From: Escherichia coli
Lineage (GTDB): Bacteria; Pseudomonadota; Gammaproteobacteria; Enterobacterales; Enterobacteriaceae
Length of the DNA stretch: 64,000 bases
Direction: 5' to 3' (one strand)
Assembly: GCF_046105845.1 (NCBI RefSeq)
Contig: NZ_CP151004.1
Of this stretch, positions 43,002-53,337 are shown piece by piece. A program made the position numbers and the translations under genes. The notes beneath the pieces were generated by a model. The model saw nothing but the letters and a program-made list of their open reading frames with translations, did not search any database and was not told the origin of the DNA. Each line of letters starts with the position of its first letter. Position 1 is the stretch's first letter.

Positions 43002-44588
43002 ATGGCACATCCACCACGGCTGAATGACGACAAACCGGTTATCTGGACGGTATCTGTAACGCGCCTGTTCGAGCTGTTTCGCGATATCAGCCTCGAGTTT
43101 GATCACCTGGCGAATATCACCCCTATTCAGCTTGGCTTTGAAAAAGCGGTGACCTACATCCGCAAAAAACTGGCAAACGAACGGTGCGACGCCATCATCG
43201 CTGCTGGCTCTAACGGCGCATATCTTAAAAGTCGCCTGTCAGTGCCGGTTATTTTGATTAAACCGAGCGGCTACGATGTGTTACAGGCACTGGCAAAAGC
43301 CGGAAAGCTCACCTCTTCTATCGGCGTTGTCACTTATCAGGAAACTATTCCGGCGCTGGTGGCGTTTCAAAAAACCTTTAATTTGCGCCTCGACCAACGT
43401 AGCTACATTACCGAAGAAGACGCGCGCGGGCAGATTAACGAGCTGAAAGCTAACGGCACCGAAGCGGTGGTCGGCGCGGGGCTGATTACCGATTTGGCAG
43501 AAGAAGCCGGAATGACCGGAATTTTTATCTATTCCGCCGCCACCGTGCGCCAGGCATTCAGCGATGCGCTGGATATGACGCGCATGTCGTTACGCCATAA
43601 CACTCACGATGCCACCCGTAACGCCCTGCGTACTCGTTACGTGCTGGGCGATATGCTCGGTCAATCACCACAGATGGAACAGGTGCGGCAGACTATTTTG
43701 CTGTATGCCCGCTCCAGTGCGGCGGTGTTGATTGAGGGGGAAACGGGGACGGGCAAAGAGCTGGCGGCCCAGGCGATTCATCGGGAATATTTTGCCCGCC
43801 ACGATGCGCGACAGGGCAAAAAGTCGCATCCGTTTGTTGCCGTCAACTGCGGGGCGATTGCCGAATCGCTGCTGGAAGCAGAGCTGTTTGGCTATGAGGA
43901 AGGGGCGTTTACCGGCTCGCGACGCGGAGGACGCGCCGGACTGTTCGAAATTGCCCACGGCGGCACGCTGTTTCTTGACGAGATAGGCGAAATGCCTCTG
44001 CCATTGCAGACTCGGCTGTTACGAGTGCTGGAAGAAAAAGAGGTCACTCGCGTCGGCGGGCATCAGCCTGTTCCGGTGGATGTGCGGGTCATTAGCGCCA
44101 CTCACTGCAATCTGGAAGAAGATATGCGGCAAGGGCAGTTTCGCCGTGACCTGTTTTATCGGCTGAGTATTTTGCGTCTGCAATTACCGCCACTGCGTGA
44201 GCGAGTGGCGGATATTCTGCCACTGGCGGAAAGCTTTTTGAAAGTGTCTCTGGCTGCGCTCTCCGCCCCGTTTTCTGCCGCCTTACGCCAGGGGTTACAG
44301 GCAAGCGAAACCGTGCTGGTGCACTACGACTGGCCGGGCAATATTCGAGAACTGCGCAATATGATGGAGCGACTGGCGCTGTTTTTAAGTGTGGAACCGA
44401 CGCCGGATTTAACGCCGCAATTTTTGCAGCTGCTACTGCCGGAGCTGGCGCGCGAGTCGGCGAAAATTCCCGCTCCACGCTTACTGACACCACAACAGGC
44501 ACTGGAGAAATTTAAAGGCGATAAAACAGCAGCGGCGAATTATTTAGGCATAAGCCGGACGACGTTCTGGCGGCGGCTGAAAAACTGA
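43002..44588 (+). CDS. prpR: Sigma-54-dependent transcriptional activator of prpBCDE
   Basis: 528 aa from ATG 43002 ([15 protein letters not shown]...); AAA+ domain with GETGTGKE Walker A and GAFTGS; C-terminal HTH. Confidence 0.94.
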   Translation: MAHPPRLNDDKPVIWTVSVTRLFELFRDISLEFDHLANITPIQLGFEKAVTYIRKKLANERCDAIIAAGSNGAYLKSRLSVPVILIKPSGYDVLQALAKAGKLTSSIGVVTYQETIPALVAFQKTFNLRLDQRSYITEEDARGQINELKANGTEAVVGAGLITDLAEEAGMTGIFIYSAATVRQAFSDALDMTRMSLRHNTHDATRNALRTRYVLGDMLGQSPQMEQVRQTILLYARSSAAVLIEGETGTGKELAAQAIHREYFARHDARQGKKSHPFVAVNCGAIAESLLEAELFGYEEGAFTGSRRGGRAGLFEIAHGGTLFLDEIGEMPLPLQTRLLRVLEEKEVTRVGGHQPVPVDVRVISATHCNLEEDMRQGQFRRDLFYRLSILRLQLPPLRERVADILPLAESFLKVSLAALSAPFSAALRQGLQASETVLVHYDWPGNIRELRNMMERLALFLSVEPTPDLTPQFLQLLLPELARESAKIPAPRLLTPQQALEKFKGDKTAAANYLGISRTTFWRRLKN

Positions 44589-44688
44589 ACTGCCGAATGC
44601 AGCGCGAACGCTTTATCCGGCATAAATTTCAATAGATGATGATCACCGATAAACTTACGCATCGGGGATGTTTACATAGGTTTCAGAA

Positions 44689-44964
44689 TTACTTCTTCTT
44701 ATAAATATTTGCCGTGCCGTGGATCTTATTGTCAGTTTGACCAGAGGTCAGCACCAACACATCAGCCCCTTTTTCATCGGCTTTTTTGATCAAATCTTCT
44801 TTCGCATCTGCGGTCGACATTTCATTACTGGTTGAAATATCACCTATTTTTTCATATTGCGATTCAACCTTTTCAAATTCCGCTTTGGTCATTAATTCTG
44901 CGGCATAGACATTGGTAACGGCAAACGCTAACGCACCGACTAACATTTTAGAGATTATTTTCAT
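44689..44964 (-). CDS. yahO: Small periplasmic DUF1471-family protein YahO
   Basis: 91 aa with signal peptide ([21 protein letters not shown]). Confidence 0.85.
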   Translation of the reverse strand: MKIISKMLVGALAFAVTNVYAAELMTKAEFEKVESQYEKIGDISTSNEMSTADAKEDLIKKADEKGADVLVLTSGQTDNKIHGTANIYKKK

Positions 44965-45110
44965 ATTACGGCTCCAGAGTTGTTATCACACTATCACCCA
45001 CCGACATTATTGGGTTGATTAATAATTAGTTCAGTCAGGGCATAAACGCCAGTAACCGGAAATAAGACACTTTGTGATCTCTCTCGCACCCGATTATTTT
45101 TGGTAGAAAT

Positions 45111-45782
45111 ATGATGCAGTTAGTTCACTTATTTATGGATGAAATCACTATGGATCCTTTGCATGCCGTTTACCTGACCGTAGGACTGTTCGTGATTACT
45201 TTTTTTAATCCGGGAGCCAATCTCTTTGTGGTAGTACAAACCAGCCTGGCTTCCGGTCGACGCGCAGGGGTGCTGACCGGGCTGGGCGTGGCGCTGGGCG
45301 ATGCATTTTATTCCGGGTTGGGTTTGTTTGGTCTTGCAACGCTAATTACGCAGTGTGAGGAGATTTTTTCGCTTATCAGAATCGTCGGCGGCGCTTATCT
45401 CTTATGGTTTGCGTGGTGCAGCATGCGCCGCCAGTCAACACCGCAAATGAGCACACTACAACAACCGATTAACGCCCCCTGGTATGTCTTTTTTCGCCGC
45501 GGATTAATTACCGATCTCTCTAACCCGCAAACCGTTTTATTTTTTATCAGTATTTTCTCAGTAACATTAAATGCCGAAACACCAACATGGGCACGTTTAA
45601 TGGCCTGGGCGGGGATTGTGCTCGCATCAATTATCTGGCGAGTCTTTCTTAGTCAGGCGTTTTCTTTGCCCGCAGTGCGTCGTGCTTATGGGCGTATGCA
45701 ACGCGTTGCCAGTCGGGTTATTGGTGCAATTATTGGTGTATTCGCGCTACGCCTGATTTACGAAGGGGTGACGCAGCGGTGA
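45111..45782 (+). CDS. yahN: LysE/RhtB-family amino-acid exporter-like membrane protein
   Basis: 223-aa polytopic membrane protein. Confidence 0.85.
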   Translation: MMQLVHLFMDEITMDPLHAVYLTVGLFVITFFNPGANLFVVVQTSLASGRRAGVLTGLGVALGDAFYSGLGLFGLATLITQCEEIFSLIRIVGGAYLLWFAWCSMRRQSTPQMSTLQQPINAPWYVFFRRGLITDLSNPQTVLFFISIFSVTLNAETPTWARLMAWAGIVLASIIWRVFLSQAFSLPAVRRAYGRMQRVASRVIGAIIGVFALRLIYEGVTQR

Positions 45783-45798
45783 GCAGATAATTTACTCT

Positions 45799-46044
45799 CT
45801 ACGTAATCAACCTGATTTGCCGAATCCCGACCATCGGCGATGATAGCCCCCGTAATGCGTGGTCCTTATTTCCGATAAGTTTACTTGAGTCTTTAGCTTC
45901 CCATTTCAGCCCACTCTCCCCTGTGTGGGCTTTTTTCATTGCTCTGACCCGTCCTGAATAGCCAAACAATGGCAATGTTCCACTTTGCAGGGATGATAAT
46001 AAGGGGATCTGATTCAGAAGAGTTTTGAAAAGTTGGACCGCCAT
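45799..46044 (-). CDS. yahM: Small uncharacterised protein YahM
   Basis: 81 aa from ATG 46044 (MAVQLFKTLLNQ...); length and position match K-12 yahM as I recall; no recognisable domain. Confidence 0.5.
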   Translation of the reverse strand: MAVQLFKTLLNQIPLLSSLQSGTLPLFGYSGRVRAMKKAHTGESGLKWEAKDSSKLIGNKDHALRGLSSPMVGIRQIRLIT

Positions 46045-46456
46045 CGAGGCCTCGAACCCCGTACCATACAACAATCCTGGTTGTCGTCTGCTCTTCCTGA
46101 TGAGCTAATGGCGGTTTTTGATATGAGCCTTACAGCATATTTTCTGTCAGGCTTGAGTGCGATGCGTAAGATACAGAAAAGACCCCACACAAACATGATG
46201 GAATTATGATTTTTTTCATATGAATGTCAACCCACACATTCACAAAACATCTGCATGAGATCATTTTTTATACACCGTATAGCTGCGAAACCACTGCTGA
46301 TGCTTTTTTAAGCGAAGTGTCGCCGATCACAACAAAATATCGGCGAAAAAGGCGGTGGAATGCCATTTGGCATACGGATATACAGATGAAATGATCACCT
46401 GCTTTGCGATTCACTCTCTGGTGGAATAACAACTCGCAGGTGGACCCCTTTCTGAA

Positions 46457-47272
46457 CTAAAGAGTGTAGCGGATTTTAACGTGCTTATTTACAGGATAAT
46501 ATCTGTCACCTAATTCCTGCACTCTATTAGATATCCATTGATTTAATCGCGCATCATCTCTGTATGTTTTTACGTCCAGAACAGAGAGCAATAACATCAC
46601 CAGTGATTCAGGAAAAACAGGGTAGATATTTTTTAAGTGTAATAATAATCCATGCGCAAGCGCCTGCTTAATGGGTGCGTCGGTCTCCGGAATAGACGAC
46701 ATTTCGCGAAGCCATTTTTCCACATGCATACACTCTTTCCCTTTAGGGAAAAGTCTCAGCAAAGGCATATGGTGTTCAAGAAGAATACATTTGCAATCTG
46801 TTCGCACTGAATCGATAAACTGCACTAATTTCTTAAGCCCGGTAAAGCGTCCAGCCTGCACGTTTGCTTTAATATCAAGAAACGCATCATCCTGGTCATA
46901 TACCCAAACTGTCCCTTTTTGATTTTCAAGTATGCGAAAAACAAACTTAACCGGGTGATCAGGGTAATCCATCCAGTCATAAAACCCAGGGAAATCACTA
47001 AACTGCACATTTATGGTGAGTGCGTTATCGTCTGACCACTCACAGTCTCGTACGGCAGCCATGAGATGAATGAGTTTGTCATCATCGACTAAATCATCAC
47101 GACAATCATAAGGATAATCATAATATTGTTTAATCAAAACCTTGAATATATCGACACAGGAAACCAGGGAGCTTTTGATATCCTCTGGTAACTGATTGTT
47201 TTTAACCGTATTAAGTATGCTTTGTTGCGTATATGGCATCAAATTATTGTGCGGAGCTTTTAATGATATCAT
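46457..47272 (-). CDS. yahL: Uncharacterised protein YahL
   Basis: 271 aa; AT-rich ORF; no recognisable motif. Confidence 0.8.
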   Translation of the reverse strand: MISLKAPHNNLMPYTQQSILNTVKNNQLPEDIKSSLVSCVDIFKVLIKQYYDYPYDCRDDLVDDDKLIHLMAAVRDCEWSDDNALTINVQFSDFPGFYDWMDYPDHPVKFVFRILENQKGTVWVYDQDDAFLDIKANVQAGRFTGLKKLVQFIDSVRTDCKCILLEHHMPLLRLFPKGKECMHVEKWLREMSSIPETDAPIKQALAHGLLLHLKNIYPVFPESLVMLLLSVLDVKTYRDDARLNQWISNRVQELGDRYYPVNKHVKIRYTL

Positions 47273-47437
47273 CGCGATCTCTCTTAAATAAAAATAAACG
47301 TCGCAGATAATAAAGCTCTGATTAAACCAGGCACTATCAGAAATCGCTCATAACTAACGTGTGAAGTATTGTGTCCTGGAGGGAGTTAATTTAACAATTT
47401 GAATTTACGTTATAGGTTTTACTGCTACTTTGATATT

Positions 47438-47479
47438 ATTTCGCTCTCCTTAACTAAAAAGTTAAGTGGAGAGCGAAAT
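47438..47479. other. Stem-loop downstream of yahK
   Basis: ATTTCGCTCTCCTTAAC-TAAAAA-GTTAAGTGGAGAGCGAAAT, 36 nt after the yahK stop. Confidence 0.35.
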
Positions 47480-47514
47480 TAATATGTTAAACCACAGGAT
47501 ATTTATTAATTTTT

Positions 47515-48564
47515 TCAGTCTGTTAGTGTGCGATTATCGATAACAAAACGATATTTCACATCACCACGCAGCATTCGCTCATAGGCTTCATTAATTTGAT
47601 CGGCCCGAATCATCTCTATATCAGCCACGATGCCATGTTCGGCGCAAAAATCGAGCATCTCCTGAGTTTCTGGAATGCCGCCAATCATAGAGCCGGCTAT
47701 CGCGCGGCGTTTCATGATCAGGTTGAAAACTTCCGGCGATTTATGCGGTGTCGCAGGCGCACCAACCAGCGTCATGGTGCCATCGCGCTTCAGCAAGGTG
47801 GTAAAATCGTCGAGATTATGTGGCGCAGCTACTGTATTCAAAATGAAATCGAAACTCTTCAGATGAGCCGCCATCTCATCGGCATTGCGTGAGTTAACAA
47901 CTTCATCGGCCCCCAGGGCTTTTGCCGCTTCGCGTTTTGACTCCGAAGTGGTAAATGCCACCACATGTGCCCCCATCGCGTGGGCCAGCTTAATCCCCAT
48001 ATGTCCCAGACCGCCGATGCCAACCACGCCCACTTTTTTACCCGGCCCGGCCTGCCAGTGACGTAGCGGCGAGTATGTGGTGATCCCTGCACACAATAAA
48101 GGAGCCACCGCCGCCAGCTGCTCTTGCGGGTGACGAATACGCAGAACATATCGCTCATGAACGACGATCTGTTGTGAGTAGCCGCCCAGCGTATGGCCCG
48201 GTTCGTCCGGCGTCGGCGAGTTATAGGTGCCGGTCATGTGATCACAGTAGTTTTCCAGCCCGTCTTCACACTCTTCGCAATGTTTACAACTGTCGACAAT
48301 GCAGCCGACACCGACCAGATCGCCCGTCGCATGTTTTTCTACCTGATCACCAACGGCTACCACACGCCCTACAATTTCATGGCCCGGCACGCAGGGATAA
48401 ACCGTCCCCGCCCACTCGGAACGGACCTGGTGGATATCGGAATGGCAGACGCCACAGTAAGCGATTTCAATTTTGACATCATGCGGTCCCGGTTCACGCC
48501 TGGTAATATCCATCGGTTCCAGCGGTTGTTTAGCGGAATATGCACCAACAGCTTTGATCTTCAT
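47515..48564 (-). CDS. yahK: NADPH-dependent aldehyde reductase (Zn-dependent MDR alcohol dehydrogenase)
   Basis: 349 aa; Zn ligand motif GHEIVGRV and Rossmann GVVGIGGLGHMG; AGGAG RBS. Confidence 0.93.
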   Translation of the reverse strand: MKIKAVGAYSAKQPLEPMDITRREPGPHDVKIEIAYCGVCHSDIHQVRSEWAGTVYPCVPGHEIVGRVVAVGDQVEKHATGDLVGVGCIVDSCKHCEECEDGLENYCDHMTGTYNSPTPDEPGHTLGGYSQQIVVHERYVLRIRHPQEQLAAVAPLLCAGITTYSPLRHWQAGPGKKVGVVGIGGLGHMGIKLAHAMGAHVVAFTTSESKREAAKALGADEVVNSRNADEMAAHLKSFDFILNTVAAPHNLDDFTTLLKRDGTMTLVGAPATPHKSPEVFNLIMKRRAIAGSMIGGIPETQEMLDFCAEHGIVADIEMIRADQINEAYERMLRGDVKYRFVIDNRTLTD

Positions 48565-48650
48565 TGTGTTTACTCCTGATTAGCTATGTGTATTTGGCGA
48601 TGCCTGATATGTCATCGCGGCAAAACGCGTCCATTGAATATAGCCAATAT

Positions 48651-49607
48651 TTAAACCACCCGATCCAGCCCCAACATGCCGCGAGCCTGAATGAAACAGA
48701 GCAGCAACGTTCCCCATAAGGCCATCGTCAGGTAGGGACTTATACCGAGAATATTGAAGCCGCTTTCAATAATTTGCAGAAGAAACAGCGCCAGCACCAT
48801 ACCAATTATCCGCCCGCTGCCGCCGTCCGGATTAACCCCGCCGAGTACTGCCGCGAGGATTGACACCAGCAAGTACGATTCGCCATAAGAGGCCTTAGCC
48901 GAGTTGAGTTTCGACATCATCAAAAATGCCGCTACCGCACAAAGCAAGGCGGAAATGACATACACCCATATCAGCACCCGACGAGTGTTAATACCGGAGT
49001 AAAGTGTTGCTCGTTCGTTAGAACCAATCAGATAAATGGATTTACCGAGCGGCGTTTTCTCCAGCAATATCCACAGCCCCAGCGCCACTGCGGCAAACAA
49101 CCACATCGGTAGCGGAATACCGAACCATTGCGCATGATTCAACCACAGCACCCATGAGGGATAATTGGCAATGGCGCTACCACCTGTCACCAGAATATTT
49201 ATCCCTTTGAGCAACGTCATCATCCCAAGCGTTGCAAGAATTGGCGACACTCGAATACCAGCAATCAATACGCCGTTACATAAACCGATTATCACCGCCG
49301 CGCCAGCGCCCGCCAGTAACGTAGCGACAACCGTAGCAATACCCGGTGGATACTGAGTCGCCACCCACGCCATCACCAGTGAACAGGCGTTAGCAGTGGC
49401 AATAATTGACAAGTTAATGCCACCGCAAAGCATGGTCACCGCCATAGCCAACGCCAGAATGCCCAGCACGGGCATTTGCGAAGCGACGGACTGGAAATTA
49501 CTTATCGACCAGAAAATCTCCGGCATAGTAATGCTGAACGCGGCAACCGTTAGCACCAGCAGGCCGATCAAGTAAAACTCAACGTTATTACGCCACGATT
49601 TTTTCAT
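48651..49607 (-). CDS. Sugar-type ABC transporter permease (second of two)
   Basis: Polytopic membrane protein; ATG 49607 overlaps the stop of the upstream permease (ATGA). Confidence 0.8.
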   Translation of the reverse strand: MKKSWRNNVEFYLIGLLVLTVAAFSITMPEIFWSISNFQSVASQMPVLGILALAMAVTMLCGGINLSIIATANACSLVMAWVATQYPPGIATVVATLLAGAGAAVIIGLCNGVLIAGIRVSPILATLGMMTLLKGINILVTGGSAIANYPSWVLWLNHAQWFGIPLPMWLFAAVALGLWILLEKTPLGKSIYLIGSNERATLYSGINTRRVLIWVYVISALLCAVAAFLMMSKLNSAKASYGESYLLVSILAAVLGGVNPDGGSGRIIGMVLALFLLQIIESGFNILGISPYLTMALWGTLLLCFIQARGMLGLDRVV

Positions 49608-50575
49608 AGCAGACTCCGGTTCTGATGCTGACTCCACGCCGTGGCGCTAATGCTGGCAACGATGATGATGCCTGTGATCAATGTTTGCCAGTAAGACGAG
49701 ACTCCCAATAAATTTAGCCCGTTTTGCATCACTGCCAACAACACCACGCCGAGCAAAGTACCGGTTAACGTGCCGCGCCCGCCGAGCAAACTAGTGCCGC
49801 CAAGCACCACCGCAGCCAGTACTGTCAGCTCATAACCCAGAAGAGAATCGGGGGCGACAGTCATCACCGTCCACGACTGCACTACACCCGCAGCGCCAGA
49901 CATCAATCCCATATAGCCATAGACGAAAAGTTGCAGTTTCAGCACGCTAAAGCCGATGCGACTGGCTGATTCACGATTCCCGCCAAGGGCATAAATTTTG
50001 CGCCCTACACTGGTGAAATTCATGATAAACGCTGTCAGCAGCACCACCGTAATCATGGCGATCAGCGGCAGACCAAGGCCATAGTCATAGCCGTCAGCAT
50101 CGGTGTACTTGAACAACATTATCCCCTGCTCAAACCACGGCGGAAAGTCGTACAGCCACACACCTTTACTCAACCATAACAGCAGGCCATAGAAAATATT
50201 CAGCGTCGAAATGGTGATGATGATAGACGGCACCCGTAGGCGATTAACCAGTAAGGCGTTTATTAAGCCAAGTAAAATGCCGATGCCGCCCGCCAGGGCA
50301 AACGCGACAGCAAAGTTGCCACCAATTTTTTGCAGCAACAGCACCATGCCGTATTGCGCAATGATGGTCATTGCCGGAAACGAAATATCAATCCCACCGG
50401 AAATTAACACCACAAACAAACCACAGGCGAGAATAGTCAACATGGCATAGTTATTGGCGAGATCGTACAAATTACCGAATGTCAGAAACTCGTCGCTGCG
50501 CCAGGCAAGGCCGACAAACAGCCCCACAATCAGTAATGCCAGCCAGAATTCATGGCGTTTTTTCAGTTCAGCCAT
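49604..50575 (-). CDS. Sugar-type ABC transporter permease (first of two)
   Basis: 323-aa polytopic membrane protein; start overlaps the ATPase stop. Confidence 0.8.
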   Translation of the reverse strand: MAELKKRHEFWLALLIVGLFVGLAWRSDEFLTFGNLYDLANNYAMLTILACGLFVVLISGGIDISFPAMTIIAQYGMVLLLQKIGGNFAVAFALAGGIGILLGLINALLVNRLRVPSIIITISTLNIFYGLLLWLSKGVWLYDFPPWFEQGIMLFKYTDADGYDYGLGLPLIAMITVVLLTAFIMNFTSVGRKIYALGGNRESASRIGFSVLKLQLFVYGYMGLMSGAAGVVQSWTVMTVAPDSLLGYELTVLAAVVLGGTSLLGGRGTLTGTLLGVVLLAVMQNGLNLLGVSSYWQTLITGIIIVASISATAWSQHQNRSLL

Positions 50576-52052
50576 TTACCACCTCCGCAATTCTGGCCTG
50601 AGAACTGCTGTCAGGCAGGAAGCTATGGGTGATCTGACCTTTTTGCATTACCAAAATCCGGTGGCTTTGATACCACGCTTCTTCAATTTCATCGCAGATC
50701 ATCAATACCGCAATGCCATGAGCCGCCAGATCGCTGATAATGCCGTATATTCCTGCTTTGTTGGCGATATCAACACCGACTGTCGGGCTATCGAGAATCA
50801 ACAGTCGTGGCCCAATCGCCAGCCATTTGGCGATCGATACTCGCTGCGCGTTACCCCCGGAAAGCGTATTCACCGGGAGATGTGGGTCAGAGACTTTGAT
50901 GGTCAATGCCTTGATTAGCCTGTCCACCAGGTCACGCACTTTAGCTTCACTCAGAAAGCCGAAGCGATCTTTTACCTTGTGAAAAACAGTGCTAATGATG
51001 TTGTCTTCAATAGATTGCGCCATCACCAAACCGCGCGACATGCGATCTTCCGAAACATAACCAATACCGTGGCGGATGGCGTCCTGGTTACTATGCAGTG
51101 TAACCGGCTGACCGTTGATGAGGATCTCACCAGCATCCGGTCGGGTCATACCAAACAGACTCAGACATAATTCCGTGCGCCCCGCACCAAGCAGGCCAAC
51201 AATCGACACCACTTCGCCCGCTTCCACCCGCAAGTTAATATTTTGATATTCCCCCTGACGACTTAAATTACGCACCTCCAGCACCCGGGTGCTGGATTTT
51301 CCCTGCCACAACTCTCGCACCTGATATTCAAACTCCTGGCCGGTCATCAGGAAACCGAGTTGTTTTGTGGTCATCTCTGCAGCCGGAAAGGTCCCGACCA
51401 GCTCACCATCTTTCAACACTGAAATACGGTCGGAAACTTCCATCACTTCTTCCAGACGATGACTGACGAAGACCACGCAGATCCCGCGTTCCCGCAATTG
51501 ATGCACCACCTGTAATAACCCTTGCACTTCCTGATGGGTCAGCGAAGCGGTGGGTTCATCCATCACGATCAACCGTGCGTCCTGCGCCAGTGCACGGCAA
51601 ATTGCCACCAGCTGACAGCGGGCAATTGAAAGCTCAGAAACGAGCGTATCCAGTGGCAATGTGACGTTAATACTGGTCATTGCCGCCTGCGCCACCTCAC
51701 GCAGACGACGGCGGTTAACAAACAGACCGTGGTGATAGTGATTCACGGCGATATTCTCCCAGACACTCAGGTTAGGAAATAAAGAGAGGTCCTGATAAAT
51801 CACCTGAATCCCCTGCGCCACCGAAGCGGCGGGTGTCAGCTTTGACCAGTTTTTCCCACCAAGCGTAATTTCCGCCCCCTCATCCGGGCGATAAACACCG
51901 GACATAATTTTAATCAACGTCGATTTACCACAGCCGTTTTGCCCGGCAAGGCAGTGCACCTCACCCGACATAAAGTCGAGAGAAACATCGCGCAGCGCTC
52001 GCGTGGCATGAAACGTTTTGTTGATATGACGAAGGGAAAGGAAGGTTTCCAT
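50568..52052 (-). CDS. Sugar-type ABC transporter ATP-binding protein with duplicated nucleotide-binding domains
   Basis: Walker A GQNGCGKST in the first half and LSGGNAQR signature in the second; two-NBD architecture typical of ribose/AI-2-type importers; ATG 52052 preferred over the TTG at 52067. Confidence 0.85.
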   Translation of the reverse strand: METFLSLRHINKTFHATRALRDVSLDFMSGEVHCLAGQNGCGKSTLIKIMSGVYRPDEGAEITLGGKNWSKLTPAASVAQGIQVIYQDLSLFPNLSVWENIAVNHYHHGLFVNRRRLREVAQAAMTSINVTLPLDTLVSELSIARCQLVAICRALAQDARLIVMDEPTASLTHQEVQGLLQVVHQLRERGICVVFVSHRLEEVMEVSDRISVLKDGELVGTFPAAEMTTKQLGFLMTGQEFEYQVRELWQGKSSTRVLEVRNLSRQGEYQNINLRVEAGEVVSIVGLLGAGRTELCLSLFGMTRPDAGEILINGQPVTLHSNQDAIRHGIGYVSEDRMSRGLVMAQSIEDNIISTVFHKVKDRFGFLSEAKVRDLVDRLIKALTIKVSDPHLPVNTLSGGNAQRVSIAKWLAIGPRLLILDSPTVGVDIANKAGIYGIISDLAAHGIAVLMICDEIEEAWYQSHRILVMQKGQITHSFLPDSSSQARIAEVVNG

Positions 52053-52074
52053 AGCATCCCCTGGCAATAAGAAT

Positions 52075-52090
52075 CGGGGCTTTCGCCCCG
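52075..52090 (-). other. Perfect hairpin between the binding-protein and ATPase genes
   Basis: CGGGGC-TTTC-GCCCCG. Confidence 0.4.
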
Positions 52091-52100
52091 AAGAAATGGA

Positions 52101-53087
52101 TTAATAAAGTGAGTCGATATTGTCTTTGTTGACCAGTAATACCTTATGGAAACGGATAATTCGCTTATCCATATCTACGTCGGCCTTACCGAGATTCTCC
52201 ATTTCTAATCCAGGTTTGATCTCTTCACCCTTCAGCAACGTGCTGGCGACGGCCGCGAGTGCGTAACCTGCAGAGGCCGGATCGTAAGTAATCCCTTCAG
52301 TGATATCACCACTTTTAATCAGTGATGCCGCCTGTGAAGGGATCATCATGCCATAGACTGCGACTTTATTTTTCGCCCGTTTCTCTTTCACTGCACGTCC
52401 CGCGCCAATCGGACCGTTTGAACCAAAGGAGACAACCGCTTTCAAGTCAGGATAGGTTTTCATCAGGTCCAGTGTGGTTCGACGTGAGTCATCCACACTC
52501 TCGGCAACCGGCATGCGGCGGGTAACTTCATGCATATCCGGGTAATGCTCTTTCTGGTATTTCACCAGCAAGTCAGCCCATAAGTTATGCTGCGGCACGG
52601 TCAAACTACCCACGTAAATCACATAGCCGCCCTTGCCACCCATGCGTTTCGCCATATGCTCAACATATTCAGCGGCAAATTTTTCGTTATCAATGATTTC
52701 GATATCCCAGTTAGCACTTGGCTGACCGGGGGATTCGTTGGTCAGAACCACAATTCCGGCATCTCGCGCTTTTTTGAATACCGGTTCCAGCACGTTGGCA
52801 TCGTTTGGCACAATTGTAATTGCATTAACCTTACGGGCGATTAAATCCTCAATGATTTTAACCTGTTGCGGAGCATCAGTACTTGAAGGCCCCACCTGTG
52901 ACGCATTAACACCAAAGGCTTTACCCGCCTCGACCACACCTTCGCCCATGCGATTAAACCAAGGCATACCATCGACTTTAGAGATATTCACCACGACTTT
53001 TTCCGCTGCCTGGAGCGGCGCAGAAATTAGCGCAGCGCCTAATAACAGCGAAGACACCATATTGATAACAAAACGTTTATTCATCAT
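52101..53087 (-). CDS. Periplasmic substrate-binding protein (type 1 sugar-binding fold, RbsB/LsrB-like)
   Basis: 328 aa; signal peptide ending LQAAEK; GAGG RBS; C-terminal ...KVLLVNKDNIDSLY resembles the LsrB C-terminus as I recall it. Confidence 0.8.
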   Translation of the reverse strand: MMNKRFVINMVSSLLLGAALISAPLQAAEKVVVNISKVDGMPWFNRMGEGVVEAGKAFGVNASQVGPSSTDAPQQVKIIEDLIARKVNAITIVPNDANVLEPVFKKARDAGIVVLTNESPGQPSANWDIEIIDNEKFAAEYVEHMAKRMGGKGGYVIYVGSLTVPQHNLWADLLVKYQKEHYPDMHEVTRRMPVAESVDDSRRTTLDLMKTYPDLKAVVSFGSNGPIGAGRAVKEKRAKNKVAVYGMMIPSQAASLIKSGDITEGITYDPASAGYALAAVASTLLKGEEIKPGLEMENLGKADVDMDKRIIRFHKVLLVNKDNIDSLY

Positions 53088-53244
53088 TTCAGCCTCATTG
53101 CAGGGTAGTCAGGAAGTGTTCGCCCAAATTAGCGCGCTGGAGAGAATAAGAATTTTCGAATATTTTTATGCAGAATAAACAGCCCTATTTCAGGCAGCTA
53201 TTAAAAATTTGGTTATAAATATGGACAAAACGGGCAGAAACAAT

Positions 53245-53266
53245 AAGTGTGACAATCATCACGTAA
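53245..53266 (-). promoter_or_regulatory. Candidate CRP site upstream of the ABC transporter operon
   Basis: AAGTGTGACAATCATCACGTAA (TGTGA-N6-TCACG), about 170 bp upstream of the binding-protein ATG. Confidence 0.5.
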
Positions 53267-53337
53267 AAAATAGCAAAATAAACAAAATTAGCGATACTTT
53301 ATGTTTGTGAGCTTATTTCGCGTAGAAAAATAGTTAT

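Noticed and set aside
46030-46112. Possible tRNA-like or att-site remnant (GGACCGCCATCGAGGCCTCGAACCCC...ATGGCGGT)
   Set aside because: No cloverleaf can be drawn and there is no proper T-arm; the sequence is simply the 5' end and upstream region of the small yahM ORF.
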